From NCBI GenBank assembly GCA_028826165.1, contig JAPDFW010000063.1, positions 1,364,001 to 1,428,000 of the forward strand: a DNA stretch of 64,000 bases, given 5' to 3'. Positions 1 through 12,661 of this stretch are shown piece after piece. The notes beneath the pieces were generated by a model. It saw only the letters and a program-made list of their open reading frames with translations. It was not told the DNA's origin and did no database searches. The DNA is from Anaeramoeba ignava BMAN (taxonomy: Eukaryota; Protista; Anaeramoebae). The translations under genes were made by a program, and so were the position numbers. The first letter of the stretch is position 1, and the number at the start of each line of letters is the position of its first letter.

Positions 1-271
1 GTGAAATTAAAACTAAAGACACACAAAAAATATCAATAAAAGTTTTGTTGTTTTGAAATTAGTGTGAGAAATTCTACTTCTCTTTGTAGTGTTCTTGTAT
101 AAATTGTCTTGATTCTGAGAAACAAAATTCTCCTATTTGCGTTATATATTCAGTTCTTAAATTATCTGGAAATAAATATTTGATTTGTATTTCTTCTTCG
201 TCTTCCTTAATATTTATTGGATTTATTGGAAATTCATAGATAAAAAAGTTTTGAAAAAGTAAATTTGACAT
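1..271 (-). CDS. DENN-domain protein, N-terminal uDENN part (5' portion; runs off the window start); intron 13-77
   Basis: ORF has ...IKYLFP...IGEFCF; removing GT..AG intron 77-13 continues in frame as HYKE-NFNFT, the uDENN 'F.F.LT' segment. Confidence 0.55.
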
Positions 272-436
272 TTAAAAAGAAAAATGAAAAAATGAAAAAA
301 TGAAAAATGAAAAAATGAAAAAAAAATTTCTTCATTTAAAAAAAGGTGAATTTTTTTTTTATTCCACATTTTTTTCTTTCACTTTTTTTTTCTTTCCATT
401 TTTTTCATTTTTTTCATTTTTTCATTTTCATTTTAA

Positions 437-1751
437 ATGTTTTCTTTTTGTAGAATTTGTAAACGTAATTATAATACAAAAGATAATCATTTCCATTCAA
501 AATTACATCAAGATAATTTAAATAATCGTTTGAAAACAGAGACCAAAAGGGTTTCTGATGCTATTTATTATCTTCATAATATAAAATATTTAAATTCTCA
601 AGAAGAAAATTTTAAAAATAAATTTTTTTGTTATTTTTGTGAAGAATATATTTTACAAAATGATGGACCTGTAGCAAAGTAAAAGACTTAATTATTAACT
701 AATTACGTTTAAATTTTTGTTCCTTGTTTTATAATCTAAATTTTTTATCATTTAGTTTCCAAGTTTTAAAACATTTAGCTAGTCAAAAACATAAGAAAAA
801 AGTTTCTATTTTTTTGAAGAAAAATTTTGTTAAAAAAAAAAGACAATCTCAATTTATCATTTCATATTCTTCTTTTCAGAAGGTTACTATCAAAAAATAT
901 TTAAAATTAAAAAAAAAAAAAAAGATTTTTAATTCAATTTGTTTTTTAATATTCCAATTTTCTGAATTAGTTTGTACGAAAAATCAACTTGAAAAATTTT
1001 CCGAAAAATCAAAATCAAAATCAAAATCAAAATCAAAATCAAAATCAAAATCAAAAAGAAAATGAAAATCAAAATCAAAATCAAAATCAAAATCAAAATC
1101 AAAATCAAAATCAAAATCAAAATCAAAATCAAAATCAAAATCAAAATCAAAATCAAAATCAAAATCAAAATCAAAATCAAAATGAAAATCAAAATAAAAA
1201 TCAAAATCAAAATCAAAATCAAATTCAAATTCAAAATCAAATTCAAAATGAAAATCAAAAATCAAAATCAATTAGTGGAAATTGAAAAAATAAAACAAGA
1301 AATTGGAAAAAAAAGAAAAAAACATCCACAAAAACTTAATCCCAATAATCAAAATAATCAAAATAATCAATATAATCAATATAATCAATATAATCCATAT
1401 AATCCATATAATCAAAATAACCAAAATAATCAATATAATCCAAATATTGAATATAATCAATATAATCAATATAATCAATATATTCAAAATAATCAAAATA
1501 ACCAAAATATTGGATATAATCAATATAATCCAAATATTGAATATAATCCAAATATTGGATATAATCCAAATATTAATAATATTAAATATAATCCAAATAT
1601 TAAATATATTCAAAATAACCAATATAATCCAAATATTAAAAATATTCAAAATATTAAAAATATTAATAATATTAAAAATATTAAAAATATTCAAAATATT
1701 AAAAATATTAATTCAAAAAATTTGAAAAAGAATAAAAATCATCTCAAATAA
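437..1751 (+). CDS. CENATAC: CENATAC/CCDC84 (TITAN-like) zinc-finger minor-spliceosome factor homolog; exons 437-678, 756-882, 971-1751 (probable +1 error near 1260)
   Basis: CxxC..H..SK.H first finger, FFCYFC...KHLASQKHKK second finger, then 'QFIIS' as in CCDC84; GT-AG introns restore the frame; N/Q/Y low-complexity tail. Confidence 0.72.
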
Positions 1752-1783
1752 ATTTTCATTTTTTTCTTTTCATTTTTTTTAAA

Positions 1784-3866
1784 ATGAAATCATTTCTCCT
1801 TTTAACTTTATTTTTCATTTTCATAATAATCACTTTCTCTTCATCAAATTCTTTTGAAGATGAAAGTTATTCAGAAAAATTAATAATACAACCTTTCTCA
1901 AAATCACAAATATTGTTTAATTTTCAATTTAATTTTGAAGTTCATCATTTAAATAAATGTAAAAAAACAAAAGCAAATTATTTTGGAATTCAAAAAAAAA
2001 ATCAATAAAATTTATTCATTTTAGATCATGATTTTGGATTCTTCCCAAATGTTATTGCAAAATTAATGCAAAATCATAATGTATTTCAATTCAAACTTTC
2101 ATTAACTCAAGGAAGAATAAAATTTGAAGAATGCTCAAGTATTCCTCCAATTACAGCTCCACCTGGAGCAGAGCTTTATGCAACATTCCATAACCAAAAC
2201 TTGTTTGTAGAAACTTAAACTCTCAAAATTATTTTAAATACAAATTTTAGTTTAAAATAGAAAAGAAAGAAATTAATTAATTTTCATCTAATTTTTTTTT
2301 TCAAAATTTCAAAAAAAAAAAAAATGAATATAATTCCAATTTGTTTTTTTGATCAAAAGAATACAAGAAAAATGGAAGTTCTTTGTCAATGAATTATCAG
2401 GAATCTTTTGTGCTTCATTGAATTTTATGGACGAAACATCAACAACATCAATAAAAAATTTTCCATTTGAAAATTTTATGGCCACAAACAACACAATAAG
2501 ATCCCAAAATTCTCGATATTCGGCATTACATAGAGAGGGTGTTTGCACAGAGAATTTAACTCCATGGATCAAGTTACTTCCATGTCGTAATGTCCATGGT
2601 CTTGCAACTCTTCTTAATTCGGAAAAAATTTATGATGTTGATTATCACTCTTTAAGTGTGTCTTCAGTTGATTTTAAAGAAAAAATGTCACTTTCTGCTT
2701 CTTTAGTTTTTATTTTGAATCCACAGAAAATTCTCTCACAACCTAATTGGTCTTTTTCTAAATTGTTTGAAAGGAAATTAATGGATAGTTCTTGTTCTCT
2801 TGCAAAAGAAAGTTTGGTTGAGTTGTATTTACCAAATTATCAATCAGAAGAAATCAAAATTAAACCTGAACCAACAAAAATTATTAATGATTTAAATTCG
2901 CAAAGTTTGTACTTGTATGACCTGAAAAAATCTGAGTTTCCTTTTGATCTTTCAGTGAAATTTCCATCCAATTCGGAAAATATTTTATCAGAAAAATTTC
3001 CATTAAAAACTGATCGAATAACAAAAAATTTAAATGGAATATTTGGAGTAATTCAAACAACAATTGAAAATGTTTCACCAAATGATCTGAAGTTTATCTA
3101 TTTTGAATATCTTCCTTGGTTTATCAGGCCTTTTATTCACACATTTAATATCAGTTTTTCAAATTCAGAATCAAATTTGAATATGAATTTTAATTTAAAT
3201 TTAAATCAAAACCAAGAATTTTTTGAAATTATTCAAATGATTCCAAATACAGAATATTCAAATCCGTTTACTATTGAAATGCAAATTAATTTACCAAAAC
3301 AAACTGTAGTTACTCTTTCTTATGAATTTGAAAAATCCTTTTTACATTTTACAGAATATCCTCCTGATCCAAATCATGGATTTGAAATTCCTTCAGCTTT
3401 AATTACTTTAAAATCAACAGAAATTCATTCACAAAAAGATCAACAAAATTCTTCTTTTTTGTTTAAAGAAAATTTAAGAATTTATACAGAAGGTTTATTG
3501 ATTCCTTTGCCTGTTCCTGATTTTAGTATGCCTTATAATGTTATTGCAATTTCTTCAACTTTGTTTGCTTTATTTTTTGGTTCAATGATGCAAATATTAT
3601 TTAAACGGCAAAAAGAAAATCAAAATCAAAATCAAAATCAAAAAGAAAATGAAAATGAAAATCAAAAAGAAAATCAAAATCAAAATGAAAAAGAAAATCA
3701 AAATCAAAATCAAAATCAAAATCAAAATCAAAATCAAAATCAAAAAGAAAATCAAAAAGAAAATCAAAAAGAAAATCAAAAAGAAAATCAAAAAGAAAAT
3801 CAAAATGAAAATCAAAATGAAAATCAAAATCAAAAGAAAATCAAAAGAAAATCAAAATCAAAATGA
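1784..3866 (+). CDS. PIGT: GPI transamidase subunit PIG-T/Gpi16; exons 1784-1958, 2025-2202, 2360-3866
   Basis: Signal peptide, LSLTQGR, APPGAEL, LSGIFCASLNF, EGVCTENLTPWIKLLPC, EYPPDPNHGF, PDFSMPYNVI plus TM helix; exact end inside the NQ repeat is uncertain. Confidence 0.95.
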
Positions 3867-4210
3867 AAATCAAAATCAAAATCAAAATCAAAATGAAAAT
3901 CAAAATCAAAATCAAAAGAAAATCAAAAAGAAAATCAAAATCAAAATCAAAATGAAAATCAAAATCAAAATGAAAATCAAAATCAAAATCAAAATCAAAA
4001 TCAAAATCAAAATCAAAATCAAAATCAAAATTAAAATTAAAAAAAATAAAATTAAAAATCAAAATTAAAATTAAAAATCTATTCATTTTTTTTATTAGTC
4101 CTTTATTATTTTTTTTTTAAATTAATTCCCTAAATCTAAAAGAAAGAAAGAAAGAAAGAAAGAAAGAAAAAAAAAAAAAAACGAGATAAAAGAAAGAGAA
4201 AGAATTTCTG

Positions 4211-6033
4211 TTAAAGATTTTTTTGAGTGAAAAAATTTTGAGACAAAAACAAACAACCCATAAAAGTGATATTAAGATTTTCATCAGAAGAAATCTGACG
4301 AAGACAATGAACATCATTCAACCATTCATTTTTAGGATGGAAAAAGAATTCTTGAGAAAACTTGTCAGCAAGAGAAATAACAAACTTATTATTCTTAACT
4401 TGATTATCCAAAGCAAGAAATATAGATTTGCATTGCAAAGCAACACAAATATTTTGAGCCAAACGAAAGAGGAATCTATAGTGGATTTCTTGGGCTTTTC
4501 TGCAAACATCATAATAGGGATCATTTGGATGATCAATCATTGATTTTTGTGAAATTTGAGCTGCTTCAATTGGATCCAATTTAAGACCCATTTTTTCCAC
4601 AAGAAAATTATAACAAAAAACTAAACCAGATCCACTACAAATATCCTCATATTCCACTGAATATTTTCCTTGATATTTTTTATTGCTTATATAAGAAATC
4701 AATCCCGATTCTTCATCACTAAAAGTTGGATCTTTTGGATTAATAATTGCGTGTCCAAATTCAGTTGGAACAACATAAAATTTTGATTCAAGAGTTGAAT
4801 ATACAATCAATCCAACTCCAAGTCCTGTTCCCATTCCAAGTATAACGCTGTTGGCTTTCTTTATTCCAAATTGTGATTTTTCTTCCAAAATAATTTCTCT
4901 TCCTTTCCATAATGGTTGAAAATAATTTTGAAGTTGTTTGTTTTGATCCAAAAATAATAATCCATAACAACATCCTTCTAAATCATTTATAAACACAGAA
5001 TTCTCATCCGGAAATAGATTTCTTGGAAGCTCTTCGATACTAATTTCTTGATTTTCTTTTGGAAGAATGAAATTCGTCATTGTTCCGTTTTTTCGATTTT
5101 CTGAAACTCTTCCTGCTATTGCTATTATTCCTGAATGAATTATGATTTTGTCTTCAATTGCTTTAGAAATTTGTTGGAATAACTTAAATTTTATAAATGA
5201 ATTTTAATTTTAATTTTAATTTTATAAATGAATTTTAATTTTAATTTTAATTTTAATTTTAATTTTAATTTTAATTTGAATTTTAATTTTAATTTTAATT
5301 TTGTAAATGAATTTTAATTTTAATTTTATAATTTTAATTTTAATTTTAATTTTATAAATAAATTTTAATTTTAATTTTGATTTTAATTTTAATTTTAATT
5401 TTAATATTATAAATGAATTTTAATTTTATATTTTAATTTTAATTTTAATTTATAAATTAATTTTAATTTTAATTTTATTTTAATTTTAATTTTAATTTTA
5501 ATTTTATAAATGAATTTTAATTTTAATTTTAATTTTAATTTTAATTTTAATTTTAATTTTATAAATGAATTTTAATTTTAATTTAATTTTAATTTTAATT
5601 TTATAAATAAATTTTAATTTTAATTTTAATTTTATAAATGAATTTTAATTTTGATTTTAATTTTAATTTTAATTTTAATTTTAATTTTAATTTTAATTTT
5701 AATTTTATAAATGAATTATAATTTTAATTTTATAAATGAATTTTAATTTTAATTTTAATTTTAATTTTGATTTTATTTTTAATTTTATAAATAAATTTTA
5801 ATTTTAATTTTAATTTTAATAAGATTTAAAATTACTTGTAAAACAATTCTTGTTGATTTCACTTTTTGATAAGTCATTTTTAAAAAATCTCCTGTTGATT
5901 CAAGATAAGAAAAAGAAATTCTTGTATTTGTTCCTCCAATATCAACAAGAACAACAATATTTCTGTTTTGTTTCTTCCAATCTTCTAATGTTTTTAATGT
6001 AGATTCTATTTCTTCTTTTGAAAATAATGCCAT
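4211..6033 (-). CDS. glk: Glucokinase (bacterial-type Glk family), 389 aa; exons 6033-5836 and 5182-4211
   Basis: VDIGGTNTR, INDLEG, GMGTGLGVG, PTEFGH, EYEDICSGSGL motifs; a phase-0 intron joins the two ORFs. Confidence 0.9.
5183..5835 (-). repeat. Satellite-filled intron, (AAAATT)n punctuated by CATTTAT
   Basis: Tandem hexamers between the GT (5835) and AG (5183) of the glucokinase intron. Confidence 0.9.
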
Positions 6034-6786
6034 TAATTTAAATTTTTTGTTTTTATTTTATAAAAAAATGAAAAAGAAAAAAATGAAAAAAAAATTTTTT
6101 CTTTTTTGAATTAATTTGCTTTTTAGTATTTCAATTTTTTAATAAAGATCAAAACTGAATTTGAATTATTTTAATTAATATTTATATTGAGAATTAATTC
6201 TATTTTATATATTTTATTAATTTTCCTTTATTGAATATAATATAAAATTATTCTCAATAATTTAATAAAATTGAAAATTTTTTGAAATGATTTAATAAAT
6301 ATAATTTTTGAATTTTAATAGCTTTAAATAATAAATTAGTTTAAATTTGATTTATTTTAAATTTAAATAATATTTTTATTTACCAAATTAATATTTTTAA
6401 TTATTTATCAATCCAATTTTAATTATAATAAAATATATTGAAAATGAATTTTAAAATTGAAAATTTTTTGAAATGATTTAATAAAAATATAAATTGAATT
6501 TTAATAATTTTAAATAATAATTTATAATTAATTTTTTATATTTTATCAAATAATAAATAATTTAAACTTAATTATCATTAATTTATATTTCCAATTTTCA
6601 TTTTTGTTTATCATATTCAAAAAACAATTTTTCAATTTTTAATTAAATTTTTAATCATAATTTTAAATTAATTCGAAATTTTTTAAAATTTAATTTATTT
6701 CTTATTTATTGATTTGAAGAATTTAATTTGATGGAAAATAAAAGAAAATAATTTTGAATTTTGAAAGAAAAATGTAAGATATTTTT

Positions 6787-8217
6787 CTAAATGTAAAAAG
6801 TTTCAAGTTCTTCAACTTTCCATTTATCATAAGAACCAGCTAAATAACTTTTAGCCTCATTTGTTCCATATTGTATTCCTTTAGGCAAAATATAAGTGTT
6901 ACCAAGATTTGATTCTCCAGGTTGTAAATTAGAAGATAAATTAAGATCAAATCCTCCTCCAAAAGTTGGACCTTCTTGATGATCATAATAAAGAGAATTT
7001 AAGAGTGAACCTTTTTTAAGTGTAAATTTCTTTGGTTTCCGATCTCCTTTATTATTTCTTAATGAAAAAATAAATGCATTTGGATCTGAAATATATTGAC
7101 AGCGATTTCCTTTGAATCCAACTTGAGTAAAACCTCCAAAAATAAAATTATCTTTTGTTTTGATAATAATTAATGTTTTTCCTTTATTATCACATTTATT
7201 ATGCCAATTTGTGCAATCAAATCCATCTCTTTTTGCTGAATATCCTTTTTTCATTTTGAAAAAAAAATCATCATCATTTATCCATTCTTTTAATTTTTGA
7301 ATATATCCAATTTCTTTAACAATTTCTGAATCTAATCTTATTCTTGTTTTGAAATTGAATGAATTTGGATTTTCATTTTCTTTTTGAATAAATATTTTTA
7401 GTTTTTTTTGATTTGTTTGAAGTTCTTGGAATTGAATTAATTTTTGTGAAATTTGATTTGGAATTAAATCTTCTTTTAAAGCATCTTCAATTTCTTTTTT
7501 AGAAAAATTAATAAATCTTATTTTATCAATAAGATTTGAAATTTGATTTTGAAATTTTTCTTTTTCTTTTTCTTCTTTTTCTTGTTTAATATTTAATTTA
7601 TGTTTTCCCCATTTTATTATTGATTGAAAAATATCAAATTCTTTTGTTAAAATATTATCATTTAATAAAATTGAATTTAAATGATTTTCTTCAAGTTCAA
7701 GAAAAAAAGGAGTTTTGATAAATTCATTGAAATGTTTTGAAATAAATTGATAAGAAGAATCTATTAATTGATTGAAGTTCATTGATTCAGATAATTTAAG
7801 AACATCAACAATAGTTTCAAATTGTAAATTTTTTTTAATAAAATTTGAAGAAAAATAAATTAATTCATCAATTAAATATTTGGATGAAAAAATTAAAATT
7901 TCTATTGCATTTTCTAAATTAATTTCAATTTTTCCTGAATAAAAATAATTCAAAATTGAAAATAGAACTGAACTTGAAACATCTTTTAGAATTAATTTAT
8001 TTTCTTGATATTCTTTCATTTTGGAATTAAAAAGAGATTTAAAATATTCACTTCTTGAAGAAAGAATTGATTTATGAGTTTTAAATGAAATTTCATTTTG
8101 TTCACAAATTATTTCAAAATCAAAATAATTTTCTTCTTCTTTTTCATTTTGATTTTGGTTTTGAAATAATTTCTTTAAATCATTTGAAAGTTTTTCTAAA
8201 TTTAAATAAGTTTCCAT
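6787..8217 (-). CDS. BTB-BACK-TLDc protein
   Basis: HKSILSSRSEYFKSLF (BTB), BACK-like 'EFDIFQSIIKW', TLDc 'YSAKRDGF..WHNKCDNKGKTL..FIFGGF..GPTFGGG..ELETF'; intronless 476 aa. Confidence 0.9.
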   Translation of the reverse strand: METYLNLEKLSNDLKKLFQNQNQNEKEEENYFDFEIICEQNEISFKTHKSILSSRSEYFKSLFNSKMKEYQENKLILKDVSSSVLFSILNYFYSGKIEINLENAIEILIFSSKYLIDELIYFSSNFIKKNLQFETIVDVLKLSESMNFNQLIDSSYQFISKHFNEFIKTPFFLELEENHLNSILLNDNILTKEFDIFQSIIKWGKHKLNIKQEKEEKEKEKFQNQISNLIDKIRFINFSKKEIEDALKEDLIPNQISQKLIQFQELQTNQKKLKIFIQKENENPNSFNFKTRIRLDSEIVKEIGYIQKLKEWINDDDFFFKMKKGYSAKRDGFDCTNWHNKCDNKGKTLIIIKTKDNFIFGGFTQVGFKGNRCQYISDPNAFIFSLRNNKGDRKPKKFTLKKGSLLNSLYYDHQEGPTFGGGFDLNLSSNLQPGESNLGNTYILPKGIQYGTNEAKSYLAGSYDKWKVEELETFYI

Positions 8218-8470
8218 TTTATTTAAAAAATTTGAAAAGAAAAAAATGAAAAAAAAAATAATAAATGAAAATTATTTTAATTATTATTGAATTTTTTTTT
8301 CATTTTTATTCTGATTTTAAAAAGGAAAAAAGAAATTCCACATTTTTTGACAAATAATCCAAAAAAAATTTTTTTCATTTTTTTCATTTTTTTTTCTTTT
8401 TTTTCTTTTTGTTCATTTTTGTTCTTTTGTTCTTTTTTTTCTTTTGTTTTTTAATCAAATATACAGATAA

Positions 8471-11400
8471 ATGCAAATAGAATATGATTCAACATTAAAT
8501 TTACTTGCAAAATTTTCAAATGATCAAGAAACTGTAAAGGATATTCTTCCCTCTTTAAAAGAAGCAGTTTTCAAACAAAGTAAAATTTTTTTAAAATTTA
8601 AATTTGTTTAAATTTAACGAAATTATTTAATTTTTCTATTTCCTTCTTTCTTTCTTTCTTTCTTTTGGGAATTTAGAAAAGAATTTAAACTTTTCCCAGC
8701 AACAAAATACAATTAAAATAATTCTAGAAATAATGAATAATTTCAGAGATGATAAAAATATCCAAAAAGATGGATTTTTAATTTTGTCATTTATTGAATT
8801 TAATCAAGGTAAATTTTTCAAATCAAATTCAAATCAAATTTAAATTCAAATTTAAATCAAATTTAAATCAAAATCAAATCAAATTTAAATCAAATCCAAA
8901 TTCAATTTTAATTCAAATTTAAATCAAATCCAAATTCAATTCAAATCAAATCAAATTCAAATTTAAACTCAAATCCAAATTCAATTTATTCCTTAATTTA
9001 ATTTATAAAAATAAATATAACCAAAATAGAAAATCAAAATGAAGTTAGAAGATTAAATGGTATTGAAATAATTATCAATTCAATGAAAAAATTTAGAGAT
9101 AAGAAAAATATTCAAGCAGATGGATGTAGAGCATTAGCATTTATTGTATTTAATAATGAAGGTAAAATTCTCAAATTAAAATCAAATTTAAATCAAATTC
9201 AAATTTAAATCAAATTTAAATCAAATTTAAATCAAATTCAAATCAAATTTAAATCAAATTCAAATCAAATTCAAATCAAATTCAAATCAAATTCAAATCA
9301 AATTCAAATCAAATTTAAATCAAATTCAAATCAAATTTAAATCAAATTCAAATCAAATTCAAATCAAATTCAAATCAAATTCAAATCAAATTCAAATCAA
9401 ATTCAAATCAAATTCAAATCAAATTCAAATCAAATTCAAATCAAATTCAAATCAAATTCAAATCAAATTTAAATCAAATTCAAATCAAATTTAAATCAAA
9501 TTCAAATCAAATTTAAATCAAATTTAAATCAAATTCAAATCAAATTTAAATCAAATTTAAATCAAATTCAAATCAAATTTAAATCAAATTTAAATCAAAT
9601 TCAAATTTAAATTCAAATCAAATTCAAATCAAATTTAAATCAAATTCAAATCAAATTTAAATCAAATTTAAATCAAATTCAAATCAAATTCAAATTCAAA
9701 TTTAAATCAAATTCAAATCAAATTTAAATCAAATTCAAATTTAAATTCAAATCAAATTCAAATCAAATTTAAATCAAATTCAAATCAAATTCAAATCAAA
9801 TTCAAATCAAATCCAAATTCAATTCAAATCAAATCAAATTCAAATTTAAGCTCAAATCCAAATTCAATTTATTCCTTAATTTAATTTATAAAAATAAATA
9901 TAATCAAAATAGAAAATCAAAATGAAGTTAGAAGATTAAATGGTATTGAAATAATTATCAATTCAATGAAAAAATTTAGAGATAAGAAAAATATTCAAGC
10001 AAATGGATGTAGAGCATTAGCATCTATTGTATTTAATAATGAAGGTAAAATTCTCAAATTAAAATCAAATTCAAATCAAATTTAAATCAAATTCAAATCA
10101 AATTTAAATCAAATTTAAATCAAATTCAAATCAAATTTAAATCAAATTCAAATCAAATCCAAATTCAATTTATTCCTTAATTTAATTTATAAAAATAAAA
10201 ATAATCAAAATAGAAAATCAAAATGAAATTAGAAGATTAAAGGGTATTAAAATTATTATCAATTCAATGAAAAAATTTAGAGATAAGAAAAATATTCAAA
10301 TGTATGGATCTGCGACACTTTTTCATTGTTCTTGTTCGAATGAAGGTAAATCACATTTTAGTAAATCAAAAAATTATCATGAGCTAAAAAATAAAAAATT
10401 AAAAATAAATAAAAAGAAAATCAAATGGAAATTAAATTATCAAAAGGAGTTGAAACATTAATCGAAACAATGGAAAATTTTCCAAATGATATAAGAATAC
10501 AAAAATTTGGAACTTGGATTATACTTAATGTTAGTCTTCAAGATGGTAAATTCATAATTTTTTGAAAAAGAAAAAAGATCCAAAAATTCACATTTTTTTC
10601 TTTAATTTGTTTTTAAAAAAAAAACTTATTAAATAAATTGATAACATAAATTAGAAAATCAAATTTCATTGATTAAAAATAAAGGATTTGAAGCTCTTAA
10701 ACAATTAGAAAACTATTATCCAAATTTAAACAATAATCCAAATTCATCACCACAATTTGAAACTTTTAGAAAAAGATTTAATATATTTAATCAAGGTAAT
10801 TTAGCAAAAAGAAATAAGAATATCAAATTTCTTTTTCCATTTTCTCATTGATCATATTTTTTTTACAGAAAAACTTAAAGAAAAATCAAATGATATTTTG
10901 CAATTCGATACGAGAATATTCCAACCCACAAATTTTAAACTTTTGACACAAGAAGAAAAAGGGAAACAAATCAAACAAATTTCTTCTTCAAATCGTTTTA
11001 AGAATTTTCTGTATTATGATGGGGAATTATTTCAAGAACCAAATTCAGAAATAGATGAGCAAAATTCAAAACCTGAAAAAATTCAAATTGAAAATATTCA
11101 AAAAGTAAGTGTTGGTTATCAACATGAAGCCATTTTAACTGAAGAAGGGGATGTATTCGCCAAAGGAAAAGAAATCAATCGAGAAAATCCAAATGAATTT
11201 ATCAATATTTCATCATTAATTGAATACCCAAATGATAGAACAATGAAAGATGTTGTTTGTTCAAGAAATTCAATTTATTTATTAACTTCAAATAAAAATG
11301 TCTATGGAATTGGTTCTAATGAATTTGGACAACTTGGTTTTGATTATTTAAAACTGAAAAAAACAGAAAAACCAATTTTAATGATGGAAAATGTTTCTAA

Positions 11401-12604
11401 AATATTTTCAGGAACTTCATCAGAACATGTTTTCCTTTTAAATTCAAATCAAGAATTATTTGGATGTGGCGCTAATAATTTTGGACAACTTGGATTGAGA
11501 GTAACAGAAATTCCAAATATTTCAAAACCATTAAAAATTAGAAATATTCCAAAAGGAAAAATAATTGATATTCAATGCGGTGTTTTTCATTCAATAATGT
11601 TGATTGAAGATGAAAATGATGAAAAAAGAAGGCTTTATTCATGTGGATCTTATCAATGCAATGGACTTGGCAAAAAAAATCAAGATGCAAGAGAATTTAC
11701 TGAAATCAAATCACCTTTATTTGATGATGATGATGATAATACTATTCTTGATTTCTCTGTTGCAAAATATCAGACTTTGATTTTAACCTCCAATGCAAAA
11801 TTAATTAGTTTTGGAGATAACATAAATAATTCATTAAGAACGAAAATTCAATCAGAAACGCAATTAGTCCCGATTGGAATTGAAATTCGTGAATTATTAT
11901 ATGATATTTCCAATTATCACGTTTTTTGCGGAGTTAATAATTCCTTCATATATTCATCTTATTTTTCGAGTCTTGAGCACGATTTAGTCCAATTATTGAA
12001 AAGAAAAGAATTTTGTGATATTTCATTTATTACCCAAGATAGAGAAATAATCTCGGCTCACAAACTCATTTTGAAATGGAGAATTGGACCTCATCAAATT
12101 GAAAAACTTCAAACAATCATTTCTCAAAAATCAAGTCAAGAATCAAATCAAATATTCGAAATGATTTATGGAAATCACAACATTGAATCACAAAAATTGA
12201 AAAAAGAAATGGAAGATATATTCCATTTATATAATCCCATATCATTAAATTTGGGAGAAATGTATAGTACTGAAAATGAAAAAGATTTTTTTATCATAAG
12301 AAATGAAAATGAAATTTCTTTTGATAAATTAATATTAATAGCCAGAAGTGAATTATATCGAGGAATGTTTTTATCTGTAACAAATGATACTTCTAATAAA
12401 GTTACAGATTATAGTGAATTAAGTAATGAATCATTTGAAATATTAAAATATTGGATGTATACAAATTCAATAAAAGAAGAAATTCAAATTACGCAAGAGA
12501 TAATTGAAGAAATAGAAATAGCAATTGATTATTTTCAATTAAATGAAAAAAATCCAAATTTATTTGATTTATTAAATGAATTATATGAAGAAGAAATAAA
12601 ATGA
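8471..12604 (+). CDS. ARM-repeat + RCC1 + tandem BTB protein (array copy A, about 880 aa); exons 8471-8579, 8677-8808, 9030-9161, 9913-10044, 10214-10345, 10417-10545, 10655-10795, 10869-12604
   Basis: All seven introns are GT-AG phase 1 and give one continuous ORF in frame with the 10898 ORF; internal exons encode 43-47 aa ARM-like units (ENQNEVRRLNGIEIIINSMKKFRDKKNIQADGCRALAFI). Confidence 0.85.
9162..9912 (+). repeat. Intronic 11-mer satellite AAATCAAATT(C/T); also in introns 8809-9029 and 10045-10213
   Basis: Direct tandem repeat visible in the sequence. Confidence 0.9.
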
Positions 12605-12661
12605 ATTTTTTTTAAATTTTTAAATTTTTTCATTTATTTTTTCATTTTTTTCTTTTCAAAA

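Noticed and set aside
929-1725. ILILIL, DFDFDF, KIKIKI and similar ORFs here and at 3597-4086, 26429-27097, 34707-35154, 44121-44394, 56243-56895
   Set aside because: Shadow translations of microsatellites in other frames or strands
6266-6520. Imperfect ~70-bp direct repeat (6266 and 6452) in an AT-rich intergenic region as a mobile-element relic
   Set aside because: No terminal inverted repeats, target-site duplication or coding remnant; likely a local duplication
8987-10182. TTCCTTAAT near the 3' ends of three ARM introns resembling a U12 branch point
   Set aside because: Their donors are GTAAAW (major type) and the three occurrences are one duplicated sequence
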